Assembly: GCA_024650005.2 (NCBI GenBank)
Contig: CP122380.1
Location: 585,814 to 649,813, forward strand
Length of the DNA stretch: 64,000 nt
Source: Candidatus Bathyarchaeum tardum
Lineage (GTDB): Archaea; Thermoproteota; Bathyarchaeia; Bathyarchaeales; Bathyarchaeaceae
Direction: 5' to 3'
A program made the position numbers and the translations under genes. The notes beneath the pieces were generated by a model. That model saw nothing but the letters and a program-made list of their open reading frames with translations, was not told the DNA's origin and made no database searches. Positions 56,326-64,000 of the stretch are shown one piece after another. Every line of letters begins with the position of its first letter. Position 1 is the stretch's first letter.

Positions 56326-56939
56326 GTTTTCAGGATTTAGTCATAGCGATTAACGTTGAGAATAATTCTCAGGTTCAGTTTAATCAGGTTGCAGTTCAAG
56401 CAGCTAATATGAGTACTGAAGTTGTGGGAGCAACTGAAAGTGTTAGCGTGGGTTTTCAGCAAGCAGGTGCTGAAGCTGAAGCTATGGCAGATAAAGTCAA
56501 GCTTTCAGGGGATTCCGTTAAGGAAATGTCCCGAGATTTTACTACTTTGGGCGTTGGAATTTCTTCTATTGGGCGTCTTGGTGAAACATTTGGACTTCTA
56601 AATCAAGAACAAGCTGAATGTGTTCTTACCATGGGGTTGTCCTTGTCGGCTATTGCTGGAGTTGTTAGGGCGGTTCAGATTTTTAATTCTGCAACAAGTG
56701 TGGCCACTGCAGTTCAAAACGCCTTGAACATCAGTTACGGTACTTTCTTGGCGTTAACTGGTGTAGGTATTGCCGTTATTGTGGCTGCTGCTGCAGCTAT
56801 GACCTATTTTGCTTCTCAAATGAATTCTGCAACTGCTAGTGTGAAAAACTACAACACTGCTACTTCTGACATGACGTCGAGTTCTCGAAATATTCGCAGA
56901 GCTGGAGAAGACGATCTGCGACGGAGGGGAATAGAATAA
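56322..56939 (+). CDS. Short tape-measure-like protein
   Basis: Ala/Gly-rich helical protein with hydrophobic segments (LSLSAIAGVVRAV, ALTGVGIAVIVAAAAAMTYF). It sits between the chaperones and the hub. Confidence 0.4.
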   Translation: MSFQDLVIAINVENNSQVQFNQVAVQAANMSTEVVGATESVSVGFQQAGAEAEAMADKVKLSGDSVKEMSRDFTTLGVGISSIGRLGETFGLLNQEQAECVLTMGLSLSAIAGVVRAVQIFNSATSVATAVQNALNISYGTFLALTGVGIAVIVAAAAAMTYFASQMNSATASVKNYNTATSDMTSSSRNIRRAGEDDLRRRGIE

Positions 56940-57001
56940 GCGTTGAAATTCCTGTTGCTGCAGTTGTTTTTGGTGCTGTTTCTCCGCTTCAGGGTGACAT
57001 C

Positions 57002-59419
57002 TTGGATTTGAAAGTTCATTTGGGTTGCACAAAAGAGGTAAGCAGCTTTGAGTGTCTCCTGCAGAATTTTGACCAAAAATACAGTCCGGGTGGAATTTAC
57101 CCGATTAACGTTGGGGACAATGGAAGCATAAGTCTTGGCAGGGGTGCAAATTGTCCACTTATTATGACTCTTCGTGTGGAGGAAATTGAACCCACATCTT
57201 CGGCAGTTGAAAACTACATTAAAGTTAAAGGAAGGTGCTGGGGTGAACGCATCTTTCGTAGAGTTGTTACTAAAGAATACGAGAACCAAAAGGGTGAAGC
57301 TATCGTCAAGGATTTGCTTGACTATTACATTGGGTTAAGTCATGAAAGGGCATCTGTTGAGTTGGTTGAAGATACTGATACGACTTATACCCTTCTGGAT
57401 TACGAAAACTCCCCTGTTTTTGATATCCTCAAATATGTTGCAGGGAGTTCAGACTTAAGCGGTGTAATTGAATACGATTTTAGAGTAGAACCTGATGGTA
57501 AATTCGCTTTTTTCCCAAAAAACAGCAAAACTTGTTCTGTGGACCTTACCGACAAAATTGAATCAAGCGTTTACAATAAGGATATTCATCGTGTTCGGAA
57601 TCGCATAATCATTTATGGTGCAGCTGAAAAGGCTACTCCTCTGGACAAAGACGCTAACACTGAAGACCTAACACAGAACGGGGCTTATGTTGATGCTCCC
57701 GACGGTCAATGGATGACAGGAAACGGGGCTGGAAGCGTTTCTGTTGGAACTGATGAATTTATTGTTGGTTCTAAAGCCCTTAAGCATACTACAGGAAGCC
57801 CAGATTACTATGGTTGTGCAGTATTCACCTACACGGCAGGAAAAGAAGTAGATTCTAACGAGTTTCCAAGTCTTAGTTTTCAAATAATGCTCGAAGAGGA
57901 CAAGAATTTTCAGGGCGCCATCACGATGGTGCTTTATGATTCTGTGGCCTCGAAAGTTTACAAGCAATTTTCTGTTACTCCGGGTGATTTTTGTTTAGAG
58001 TCTTTTGCTGCAGGTAAGAAGAACACTGATCAATGGACACATGATAAAACGAATTCAACGCCTTTTGATTGGAGTAGCATAAAGAATATCCTGTTTTATG
58101 TTGACTTTTCAGGTTCGGGCGGAGTTGGAACTGGAAGTTTCTGGATAGATAATTTGTTCTGGAATCATTGCAGATGGAAAGCAGTACGTCCTTTGAGTGG
58201 TGAAGAACCAACTGCTAGTCAAACCGCTTATGGGCTTCGGGAACTGGTAGAGGTTGACGAAGAGTTACATAGTGACAATGAATGCGATTTACGAGCAAAG
58301 GCCTTGCTTGCTCATCTTGAAGATTGTGCAGAACTGTTGACGATAACCAGCACCATGATTGATTACGGTAATACTCCTATTTTGGCTGGAGATAAAATCC
58401 ATGTTACTTTACCGAATGAAAACGTTGATTCTGACTTTCGCATTATTTCTGTTGAATATCACGTAGTTGCTGAAACTCAGACTTTAGAAATTACACTGGA
58501 ACTAGGGAAGCAAAAGCCCCTTTTGGCTGATTACTTGTACGGGCTTCGTTCAACGACAATTACTGCAGAAAAATTGATGCGAACAAAGTCGGGCCTTCGA
58601 AGTATTGTAAGCGGTAGTGGTGGCGGTGGTAGCAGTGGAGAACTCCCTGATTGGTTAGCCCCTGCGAATATTGGACCAAAAAGCGATGCAGCAGCAATTA
58701 TGAATTTTAGAACAAAAAACATTGCAGGGGATTCCGTAGTTGACCATCAGTTTAACCCGTCGGACGATCTGCATGGAGTGTTAGGGGTTCAATCAAAGCG
58801 TTGGCTGGAATCTCATTTGGGCTACTTGTTTGTTAGTGGGTATGCTCGGTTAGCTCAGTTGAACCTAGGCAGTTACGGAGGCGACCAAATCGTAATTACG
58901 CCTGCTCGTGTTTTGCAAAATGTTACTGCAGATGTCGGCATAATCACAAGCGGTCAGTTTAGTTTGGCTCGCATGCCCAGGAGTACTTCAGGTTATGTTC
59001 TTGAAGCTCAAGGTGCAGCAGCTGATCCTATGTTTGTTAATCCTAATGGACGTTACACTCCAGCAGGGCACAATCATGCAGCAGGTAACATAACCTCTGG
59101 CGTTCTTGATGAAGCTCGATGTCCTAACGTTTACTCGAATCCTGTAACTTTCAATGGTGGCATAGTTACGAATAGCGTTAATTGTGCAAACTGGCAAGCT
59201 GCAGACATTCTTTTTGAGAACTTTTTCCGAATCACTGAAGCTGAGAAATTGGGGCTCGGTAAGGGCTTGGCCTTTCTGAGTGATAAAGACCAGATTTTGA
59301 TGCTTCTTGATGGCAACGGCAACGTGAAGGTTGCTGGCAAAATTGAACATGAACAAAAACTAAAAAAGGTGAAAAAAAGCTGTCCGAAAAATCATTCAAA
59401 GAAATGCTCGAAAAAGTGA
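57002..59419 (+). CDS. Baseplate hub/distal tail protein with an inserted carbohydrate-binding-like module and a C-terminal fibre/receptor-binding region
   Basis: 805 aa with a TTG start. A CBM-like segment (FPSLSFQIM...FDWSSIKNILFYVDFSG...GSFWIDNLFWN) and a Gly/Ser linker (SGSGGGGSSG) are followed by a C-terminal domain. Confidence 0.5.
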   Translation: MDLKVHLGCTKEVSSFECLLQNFDQKYSPGGIYPINVGDNGSISLGRGANCPLIMTLRVEEIEPTSSAVENYIKVKGRCWGERIFRRVVTKEYENQKGEAIVKDLLDYYIGLSHERASVELVEDTDTTYTLLDYENSPVFDILKYVAGSSDLSGVIEYDFRVEPDGKFAFFPKNSKTCSVDLTDKIESSVYNKDIHRVRNRIIIYGAAEKATPLDKDANTEDLTQNGAYVDAPDGQWMTGNGAGSVSVGTDEFIVGSKALKHTTGSPDYYGCAVFTYTAGKEVDSNEFPSLSFQIMLEEDKNFQGAITMVLYDSVASKVYKQFSVTPGDFCLESFAAGKKNTDQWTHDKTNSTPFDWSSIKNILFYVDFSGSGGVGTGSFWIDNLFWNHCRWKAVRPLSGEEPTASQTAYGLRELVEVDEELHSDNECDLRAKALLAHLEDCAELLTITSTMIDYGNTPILAGDKIHVTLPNENVDSDFRIISVEYHVVAETQTLEITLELGKQKPLLADYLYGLRSTTITAEKLMRTKSGLRSIVSGSGGGGSSGELPDWLAPANIGPKSDAAAIMNFRTKNIAGDSVVDHQFNPSDDLHGVLGVQSKRWLESHLGYLFVSGYARLAQLNLGSYGGDQIVITPARVLQNVTADVGIITSGQFSLARMPRSTSGYVLEAQGAAADPMFVNPNGRYTPAGHNHAAGNITSGVLDEARCPNVYSNPVTFNGGIVTNSVNCANWQAADILFENFFRITEAEKLGLGKGLAFLSDKDQILMLLDGNGNVKVAGKIEHEQKLKKVKKSCPKNHSKKCSKK

Positions 59420-59781
59420 AAGTTGGCGACCTAACTTGTGTCGAATGGTGCGATGCAAGTGTCGGCAAAAGCAGTGGATCAGGAAGCATTATAGATATTC
59501 CAGTGAAAAGCTGGGGTGTTTATGTTGGTATGTTTGGAAGCCGAACTAAACATATTGTTTTGGCACAAAACAGTTTCCAGTATTCTGATGGGCTTTTTGA
59601 TTTAGATTACACTGCGATTCCTGCAAGCTGGGCAATTGACCTTTCAGTAATTGAAAAAGCGCATATTCCTGACTCAATTGCAAAAAAATTAGTTAACAGT
59701 TTCTTGCTTGGCGGTCAGCGAACCTTCAAGCATCAAAGGACTTTTCAGCGGAGGTTAAACGCTCATGAAAGATTGGGTTAA
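59404..59781 (+). CDS. Hypothetical protein
   Basis: 125-aa ORF that overlaps the hub gene end. No motif recognised. Confidence 0.35.
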   Translation: MLEKVKVGDLTCVEWCDASVGKSSGSGSIIDIPVKSWGVYVGMFGSRTKHIVLAQNSFQYSDGLFDLDYTAIPASWAIDLSVIEKAHIPDSIAKKLVNSFLLGGQRTFKHQRTFQRRLNAHERLG

Positions 59782-60007
59782 ACGAGCCTTAGCCCGTAAG
59801 CGCATTCAACGAGGTAAAATAGTTGTTGAAGAACCAAACGATAAACTAGTTTGGGGCGTAAAGTTCGCAATTGGAATGACTCTGTGCCTTTCAGGGTTGC
59901 AGATTGCTCACTTAGTTGTTTTGGGAACTTGGAATAACGAGATTTTTTCAACAATTACCGGGTTAATTGGAACGATTTCAGGAGTTCTGATAGGTAGTCA
60001 TGCCTAG
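59765..60007 (+). CDS. Small two-TM membrane protein
   Basis: Two hydrophobic segments, VKFAIGMTLCLSGLQIAHLVVLG and FSTITGLIGTISGVLIGS. Confidence 0.4.
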   Translation: MKDWVKRALARKRIQRGKIVVEEPNDKLVWGVKFAIGMTLCLSGLQIAHLVVLGTWNNEIFSTITGLIGTISGVLIGSHA

Positions 60008-60413
60008 ATGGTCAAAAGCTGATATCACAACTTTGCATGAACTAGTAGCTGCTGGAGAAAATTGTGAAAATATTGCAGTTACATTAAAGCGTGGTGTTAA
60101 TGCAGTGAAGATGAAAGCCAAAAGAGAGGGCTTAAATGTTGTTGTTGGGGGGGTAGGGGGGTCAACAACAACAAATGACCTTCCTGAAGGGCTGCCTAGT
60201 GTTGAAGATGTTTTGAAAGTTCTTGCTAAGGTGATTAAGGCTCTTGATGAACCTGGGCTAGGAATGGCTGAGGTCCAAAGGCTTCAGGCGATGATTACTG
60301 GAATTAGGACCTACAAGAGTTTGCTTGCTGATTACGTGAATTACCGGGAGATTGAAAAGAAGCTTTTAGAGTTGGACGCCAAATATGCCAAGCTCATCGG
60401 ACAAAAAAGCTAG
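60000..60413 (+). CDS. Terminase small-subunit-like protein (Myb/SANT-like HTH N-terminus, helical C-terminus)
   Basis: Segment RWSKADITTLHELVAAGENCENIAVTLKRGVNAVKMKAKREGL. It lies directly upstream of, and overlaps, TerL. Confidence 0.5.
   Translation: MPRWSKADITTLHELVAAGENCENIAVTLKRGVNAVKMKAKREGLNVVVGGVGGSTTTNDLPEGLPSVEDVLKVLAKVIKALDEPGLGMAEVQRLQAMITGIRTYKSLLADYVNYREIEKKLLELDAKYAKLIGQKS
60137..60173. repeat. Inverted repeat TGTTGTTGTTG / CAACAACAACA with a G6-TA-G6-T loop inside the TerS coding sequence
   Basis: Perfect 11-bp arms at 60137-60147 and 60163-60173. It lies within the 57-nt block that is near-identical to 33318-33373. Confidence 0.8.
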
Positions 60414-61839
60414 GGCTCTGAGGCCTGACAGGGTTATTCCTACTTGGGATAGGCTGCAACAAAGCAGTAAGGTTGTTGATGAAAGGGAACATCAAAAGGC
60501 AAAGGAAGTTGCCAAGGACTATGTTGAGTTTGACAGGAAGTACTTACAGTTTGAACCGTTTGATTATCAAAAAGAATTGATTTCTCTGTATGAACAGTTT
60601 CAGTTCATTGCAGCCCGTTGGTGCAGGCAGTCGGGTAAAAGTTGGATTGCTTCGGGGTTATTTCTGAATGATGCTATTTTGAATGACGATTTTTATTTGG
60701 CTGTTGTGGGTCCGTCGTGGCGTCAAACTAAGTTGAATATTCGGCGCATATCGATGTTTGAACGTCGATTGCCTAAAAACATGTACTTGAAGCCCCAGAA
60801 AACAAAACTGGAGTTTCCAAATGGTAGCGTAATTGAGGCTTTTCCGAACAATGCAGATACTATTCGGGGTCACACTTTAGATCGTATTTGGTGGGATGAG
60901 GTCAATTTTACTGCTAATGATGTTGATTTGATGGATGCAATCCTGTTTGCGTTAGGGACTACTAACGGTAAACTCCTTGCAACGAGCACCCCATTCAATA
61001 GTGATAGTTTGTTTTGGAAGATGTGTAATCACAAGCATTATACTGATTTTGCTCGTCATCATGTTCCTTATCAGAGGGTCATAGCGCCTAACGGTCCTTG
61101 GAGTCCGTCTTTTCTGGAGAAAATCAAACGTCAGTTTGGGGAGGATCCGATGCGTTGGCGTCGGGAGATGGAGGCAGAATGGGCTGAGGACGAAGATACT
61201 TGGCTGAGTCAATCTTTGATTACGAAATGCATTGGCACAACCAAGTCCTGTGGCGAGGATCTGGAGTTGTATCAGATGGACATTGACAGTTCCTATGACG
61301 GCAATTTCTATGCGGGACTGGATTTTGCAAAACACCAGGACTATTCAGCCTTTGCATTAATCGAGGAGATAAACAAGAAGTATTTCTTGAGGTATCTGAA
61401 GATTTGGCCTCACGAGCTACCGTATGCTAGTGTTATCGGCTGGGTCAAAGTTATTCAGGACAGGGTTGGCGAGTTTCGTTGTTTGCGTGCTGACAAGACT
61501 GGAGTAGGAGATTACATCGTTGAGGATATGACAAACGCGGACATTCTGAACATTGAAGGCGTAAACTTCACTTTGCCAAGGAAACAAGAAATGGCTAGCC
61601 TCTTGAAACAAAGGATGGTAAACAAGCGCTTCTTTTTTCCATACTTTACTTGGGAAAAACCATACAGGGGTAACTATGTTGCGGAATTGAATGTAGAACG
61701 GTTTGAGCTCCGCAAAGATGGCAACATTAGTTTTAGTCATCCCCAGGGTACGCACGACGATGTTTTCTGGGCTACTGCGTTAGCATTGTATGCAACTGTT
61801 GAGATGTCTGAAGAACCTGAATTGGTGGTGGCGTATTGA
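60385..61839 (+). CDS. Terminase large subunit
   Basis: Walker A-like ARWCRQSGKSW, Walker B RIWWDEVNF, and coupling motif LATSTPFN. The RNase-H-like nuclease part has YAGLDFAKHQDYSAF, ADKTGVGD and THDDVFWA. Confidence 0.85.
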   Translation: MPSSSDKKARALRPDRVIPTWDRLQQSSKVVDEREHQKAKEVAKDYVEFDRKYLQFEPFDYQKELISLYEQFQFIAARWCRQSGKSWIASGLFLNDAILNDDFYLAVVGPSWRQTKLNIRRISMFERRLPKNMYLKPQKTKLEFPNGSVIEAFPNNADTIRGHTLDRIWWDEVNFTANDVDLMDAILFALGTTNGKLLATSTPFNSDSLFWKMCNHKHYTDFARHHVPYQRVIAPNGPWSPSFLEKIKRQFGEDPMRWRREMEAEWAEDEDTWLSQSLITKCIGTTKSCGEDLELYQMDIDSSYDGNFYAGLDFAKHQDYSAFALIEEINKKYFLRYLKIWPHELPYASVIGWVKVIQDRVGEFRCLRADKTGVGDYIVEDMTNADILNIEGVNFTLPRKQEMASLLKQRMVNKRFFFPYFTWEKPYRGNYVAELNVERFELRKDGNISFSHPQGTHDDVFWATALALYATVEMSEEPELVVAY

Positions 61840-63257
61840 GAAGGCGTGAGACTCTTCGTGTTACGCATTTTGCTAGGCGTTATGATCGGGAGTCTGGCAA
61901 GTTCACTTTTAATATTGGGTACGAGACAAGGACAGATATTACAGATCGGACTGTTGAGGTTGCTGAAGCTTTTGGGATGGGGGTTAGTGAGACTCAGCAG
62001 CATGTCCTTTATGATAATGTTGAGTTGCAGATTGGACCAAGGGACATTGTGTATTTGACGGGTGACAGTGGTTCTGGGAAGAGTGTTCTGCTGAAGGCGA
62101 TTGTGGCTGATTTGAGTCCGGGCGAGGCTGCTTGTTTGTCTGAGGTTGAGGTGAATCCGGATATGCCGTTGATTGATACTGTTGGAAAGACTACTGAAGA
62201 GGGGTTGAAGCTGCTCAGTAAGGTAGGGTTGAATGATGCTTTCTTGTTTGTTCGTCGTTATAGCCAGCTGAGTGATGGACAAAAATACCGTTACAGACTA
62301 GCAAAACTGATAGAGTCTGGGGCGCAGTGGTGGGTCATGGACGAGTTTTGCGCTACTTTAGACCGGGAAACTGCAAAGATAGTTTCGTTTAATCTTCAAA
62401 AATTGGCTAGAACTCTTGGCAAAGCAGTTGTTGTGGCCACTACTCACATGGACTTGTTTGATGACCTGTCACCCAGCGTTCATATCCACAAACGTTTCGG
62501 CAAAGAAATCAGCATCAAATATTACCCGAATACAATTCGAAAAGAATGTAGTTTGCTTGACGAAATGACCGTAGAAGAAGGAACATACCAAGACTGGAAA
62601 AAAGTTGCAGGTTTCCATTACAGGAGCCACCGGATCGCGTTCATGCAAAAAATCTTTGTCTTAAAACGAAGAAACCAAGTTTGCGGAGCAATAGTTTACG
62701 TTTGCCCATTAAGTGTAGCTTCAGGAAGAAACAAAGTTCTAAAAATCAACAATATGAAAGAACTAAACGACAAATTAGCCCGAATAGCAAGAATTGTAAT
62801 CCATCCAAAATATCGAACCATTGGAGCGTCGGTAAAACTCCTCAAAGAATCTTTACCTCAATGTGGAAAATCCTGCGTAGAAATGATAGCTGTAATGGCA
62901 AGATACAACCCGTTTGCTGAACACGCAGGAATGACCAAAATCTGCGAATCCAAACCCGACAAAACAATCATTAACGCTACAGCTGAACTTGAAAAACTAG
63001 GATTCACTTCATACCTCCTTGCAGTTCCCGAATATAACAAAAAAATGCTTAATGAACACATTCTAGACGTGAAAAATATTCTCAGTAGTTTCAGTTATCC
63101 GTACAATCGAAGAATAGCAGGATCTCACGGGCGCTTTACAAAAAAACATTACAAGAACTGGTTAACAAAAGATGATATTGATGAATTTGCAAATGCATTA
63201 GTGCGCCTTGCACAGCTAAATCAAACAAAAGTTTACCTGTTTTGGAAACAACAATAA
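61836..63257 (+). CDS. ABC-type ATPase fused to a GNAT-like acetyltransferase domain (COG2401-like architecture)
   Basis: Walker A LTGDSGSGKSVLLKA, signature LSDGQKYRYRLA, Walker B WWVMDEFCATLD, H-loop ATTH, and GNAT-like RIVIHPKYRTIGASVKLL. It has a 4-nt overlap with the TerL stop. Confidence 0.75.
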   Translation: MRRRETLRVTHFARRYDRESGKFTFNIGYETRTDITDRTVEVAEAFGMGVSETQQHVLYDNVELQIGPRDIVYLTGDSGSGKSVLLKAIVADLSPGEAACLSEVEVNPDMPLIDTVGKTTEEGLKLLSKVGLNDAFLFVRRYSQLSDGQKYRYRLAKLIESGAQWWVMDEFCATLDRETAKIVSFNLQKLARTLGKAVVVATTHMDLFDDLSPSVHIHKRFGKEISIKYYPNTIRKECSLLDEMTVEEGTYQDWKKVAGFHYRSHRIAFMQKIFVLKRRNQVCGAIVYVCPLSVASGRNKVLKINNMKELNDKLARIARIVIHPKYRTIGASVKLLKESLPQCGKSCVEMIAVMARYNPFAEHAGMTKICESKPDKTIINATAELEKLGFTSYLLAVPEYNKKMLNEHILDVKNILSSFSYPYNRRIAGSHGRFTKKHYKNWLTKDDIDEFANALVRLAQLNQTKVYLFWKQQ

Positions 63258-63282
63258 TAAACAAACAACATCTTCAACCTAG

Positions 63283-63731
63283 CCTACGAAGTATTATCTT
63301 GGAAAGTTCAGAGTCTCAATCACAGCAAAACTAGAACCATACCTTGGATTCTTATACTCAATGCAACATGGTAAACCTAGCCTAGTTCGTGACTTAATGG
63401 ACATTTATCGATATTTGATAGATAATTTTCTGATTGGTTATTGTAGAAAACTGAAACCAAGAGATTTTATTGTAAAAACTAACAAATTAGCTGAAACAAA
63501 AAAGGAAAACGAGAATATTTACTTGATACATTATCTAGAAACTTGACTAAAAAACTGGAAATAAATTTCCAATCAAACATTGATGTTCCAAGAATCAAAA
63601 ATGGAAAAAATCAGACAATTGAAGCTTTAATTAATGAAGAAGCTTTGCTATTAGCTGAACACATAAGAGGTGAAAGATTAAAGTGGACTCCAAGAACCTT
63701 TCTTCCACAAAACAATCAGAGAATCAAATAG
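63283..63731 (+). pseudogene. cas1: cas1 remnant: 5'-truncated and frameshifted C-terminal half
   Basis: The frame is open from 63283 and reads ...LEPYLGFLYSMQHGKPSLVRDLMDIYRYLID, the Cas1 LDPYLGFLH...SLxxDLMEEFR region. A frame change near 63540 continues as TKKLEINF...EALLLAEHIRGERLKWTP. No N-terminal half is present. Confidence 0.65.
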
Positions 63732-64000
63732 AAGTTCCCAATGCAGAAGACATTGGCAAATTTTTTCAAGAGAAAGGATTGAAAAACACTTCAGAATGGA
63801 TATTTTATATTATTAAAAACAAATTGCCTGACCCAACTAAAGACTTGGATGACATAATGACTTCACTAAGGAACGACATTCGAGTCTATATGCAGGAATA
63901 TTTTAATGATTCAAATTTTAAAGAAGATTGTTTTAACGTTATTTGGAATTTTATTCGCTTGGGGCTTTCAACAGGTAGAACACGATTTAGAAATTTAACT

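Larger units (their letters stand above)
33191..63260. mobile_element. Integrated tailed (HK97-fold, siphovirus-like) archaeal virus or virus-derived element; boundaries approximate
   Basis: A contiguous virion and packaging module spans 44.6-61.8 kb, with regulators and cargo at 33.7-44.6 kb. The left edge is a viral gene relic and the right edge is a truncated cas1. Composition differs from the flanks. Confidence 0.7.

Noticed and set aside
56870-57001. The frame of the 805-aa hub gene is open for 44 codons upstream of its TTG start and overlaps the tape-measure end in the -1 phase. I considered a second programmed frameshift that fuses tape measure and hub.
   Set aside because: I found no slippery heptamer in the overlap. 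A non-canonical or TTG start is the simpler explanation.
60148-60162. G-quadruplex formation by the hairpin loop (G6-TA-G6).
   Set aside because: Only two G-tracts are present, so an intramolecular quadruplex is not possible. The inverted-repeat hairpin is the better-supported structure.
1-64000. CRISPR array, tRNA or rRNA genes anywhere in the window.
   Set aside because: Reading the intergenic regions revealed no regularly spaced direct repeats, no T-loop or acceptor signatures, and no rRNA-like conserved blocks. A computational scan (CRT/minced, tRNAscan, Infernal) would be decisive.
63732-64000. An open frame continues in the same phase after the TAG that ends the cas1 remnant. I considered stop-codon readthrough or Pyl recoding.
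   Set aside because: The Cas1-like sequence already reaches its normal C-terminal end (...KWTPR) before the TAG. The downstream frame is more simply a separate gene that starts internally and runs off the window, and there is no evidence for recoding.

Overview
Archaeal chromosomal window. Markers are unfused but overlapping Kae1 and Bud32 genes, proteasome beta subunit, AMMECR1, RlmE and a TBP-family gene; I cannot place the lineage further from sequence alone. Positions 1-33.1 kb are ordinary host genes: tRNA t6A machinery, proteasome, a LarB/C/E nickel-pincer cofactor cluster, ATP-PFK, glycogen phosphorylase and synthase, a sulfur-handling cluster (split YeeE, MBL-rhodanese, SLC13 permease), several ion transporters (CaCA, CPA2, P-type ATPase, MscS), and some AT-rich gaps with small hypothetical ORFs. 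Positions ~33.2-63.3 kb are an integrated tailed HK97-type virus or virus-derived element. It carries portal, S78 prohead protease-scaffold, DUF2190-like protein, major capsid protein, connectors, tail tube, a G/GT chaperone pair with a canonical -1 slippery heptamer, gp10-like protein, a short tape measure, hub/fibre, TerS and TerL. No integrase or replication gene is recognisable. The element holds several cargo items. (i) A very AT-rich ~8 kb block contains a divergent TBP paralogue and a three-gene minus-strand operon: a PLD-nuclease/SNF2-helicase fusion, a 1021-aa gamma-class N6-adenine methyltransferase, and an ASCH/PUA-like protein. This operon is my best candidate for an undescribed or poorly described restriction-like defence system. 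(ii) An HsdR_N-type PD-(D/E)xK nuclease gene is inserted antisense in the head module. (iii) An ABC-ATPase/GNAT fusion is translationally coupled to TerL. The left edge carries a decayed second copy of TerS plus the TerL 5' end; it shares a 56-nt near-identical block with the intact copy that contains an 11-bp-stem hairpin. The right edge abuts a 5'-truncated, frameshifted cas1 remnant. No CRISPR array, tRNA or rRNA gene was seen. All family assignments are by-eye motif recognition and need profile or structure searches.
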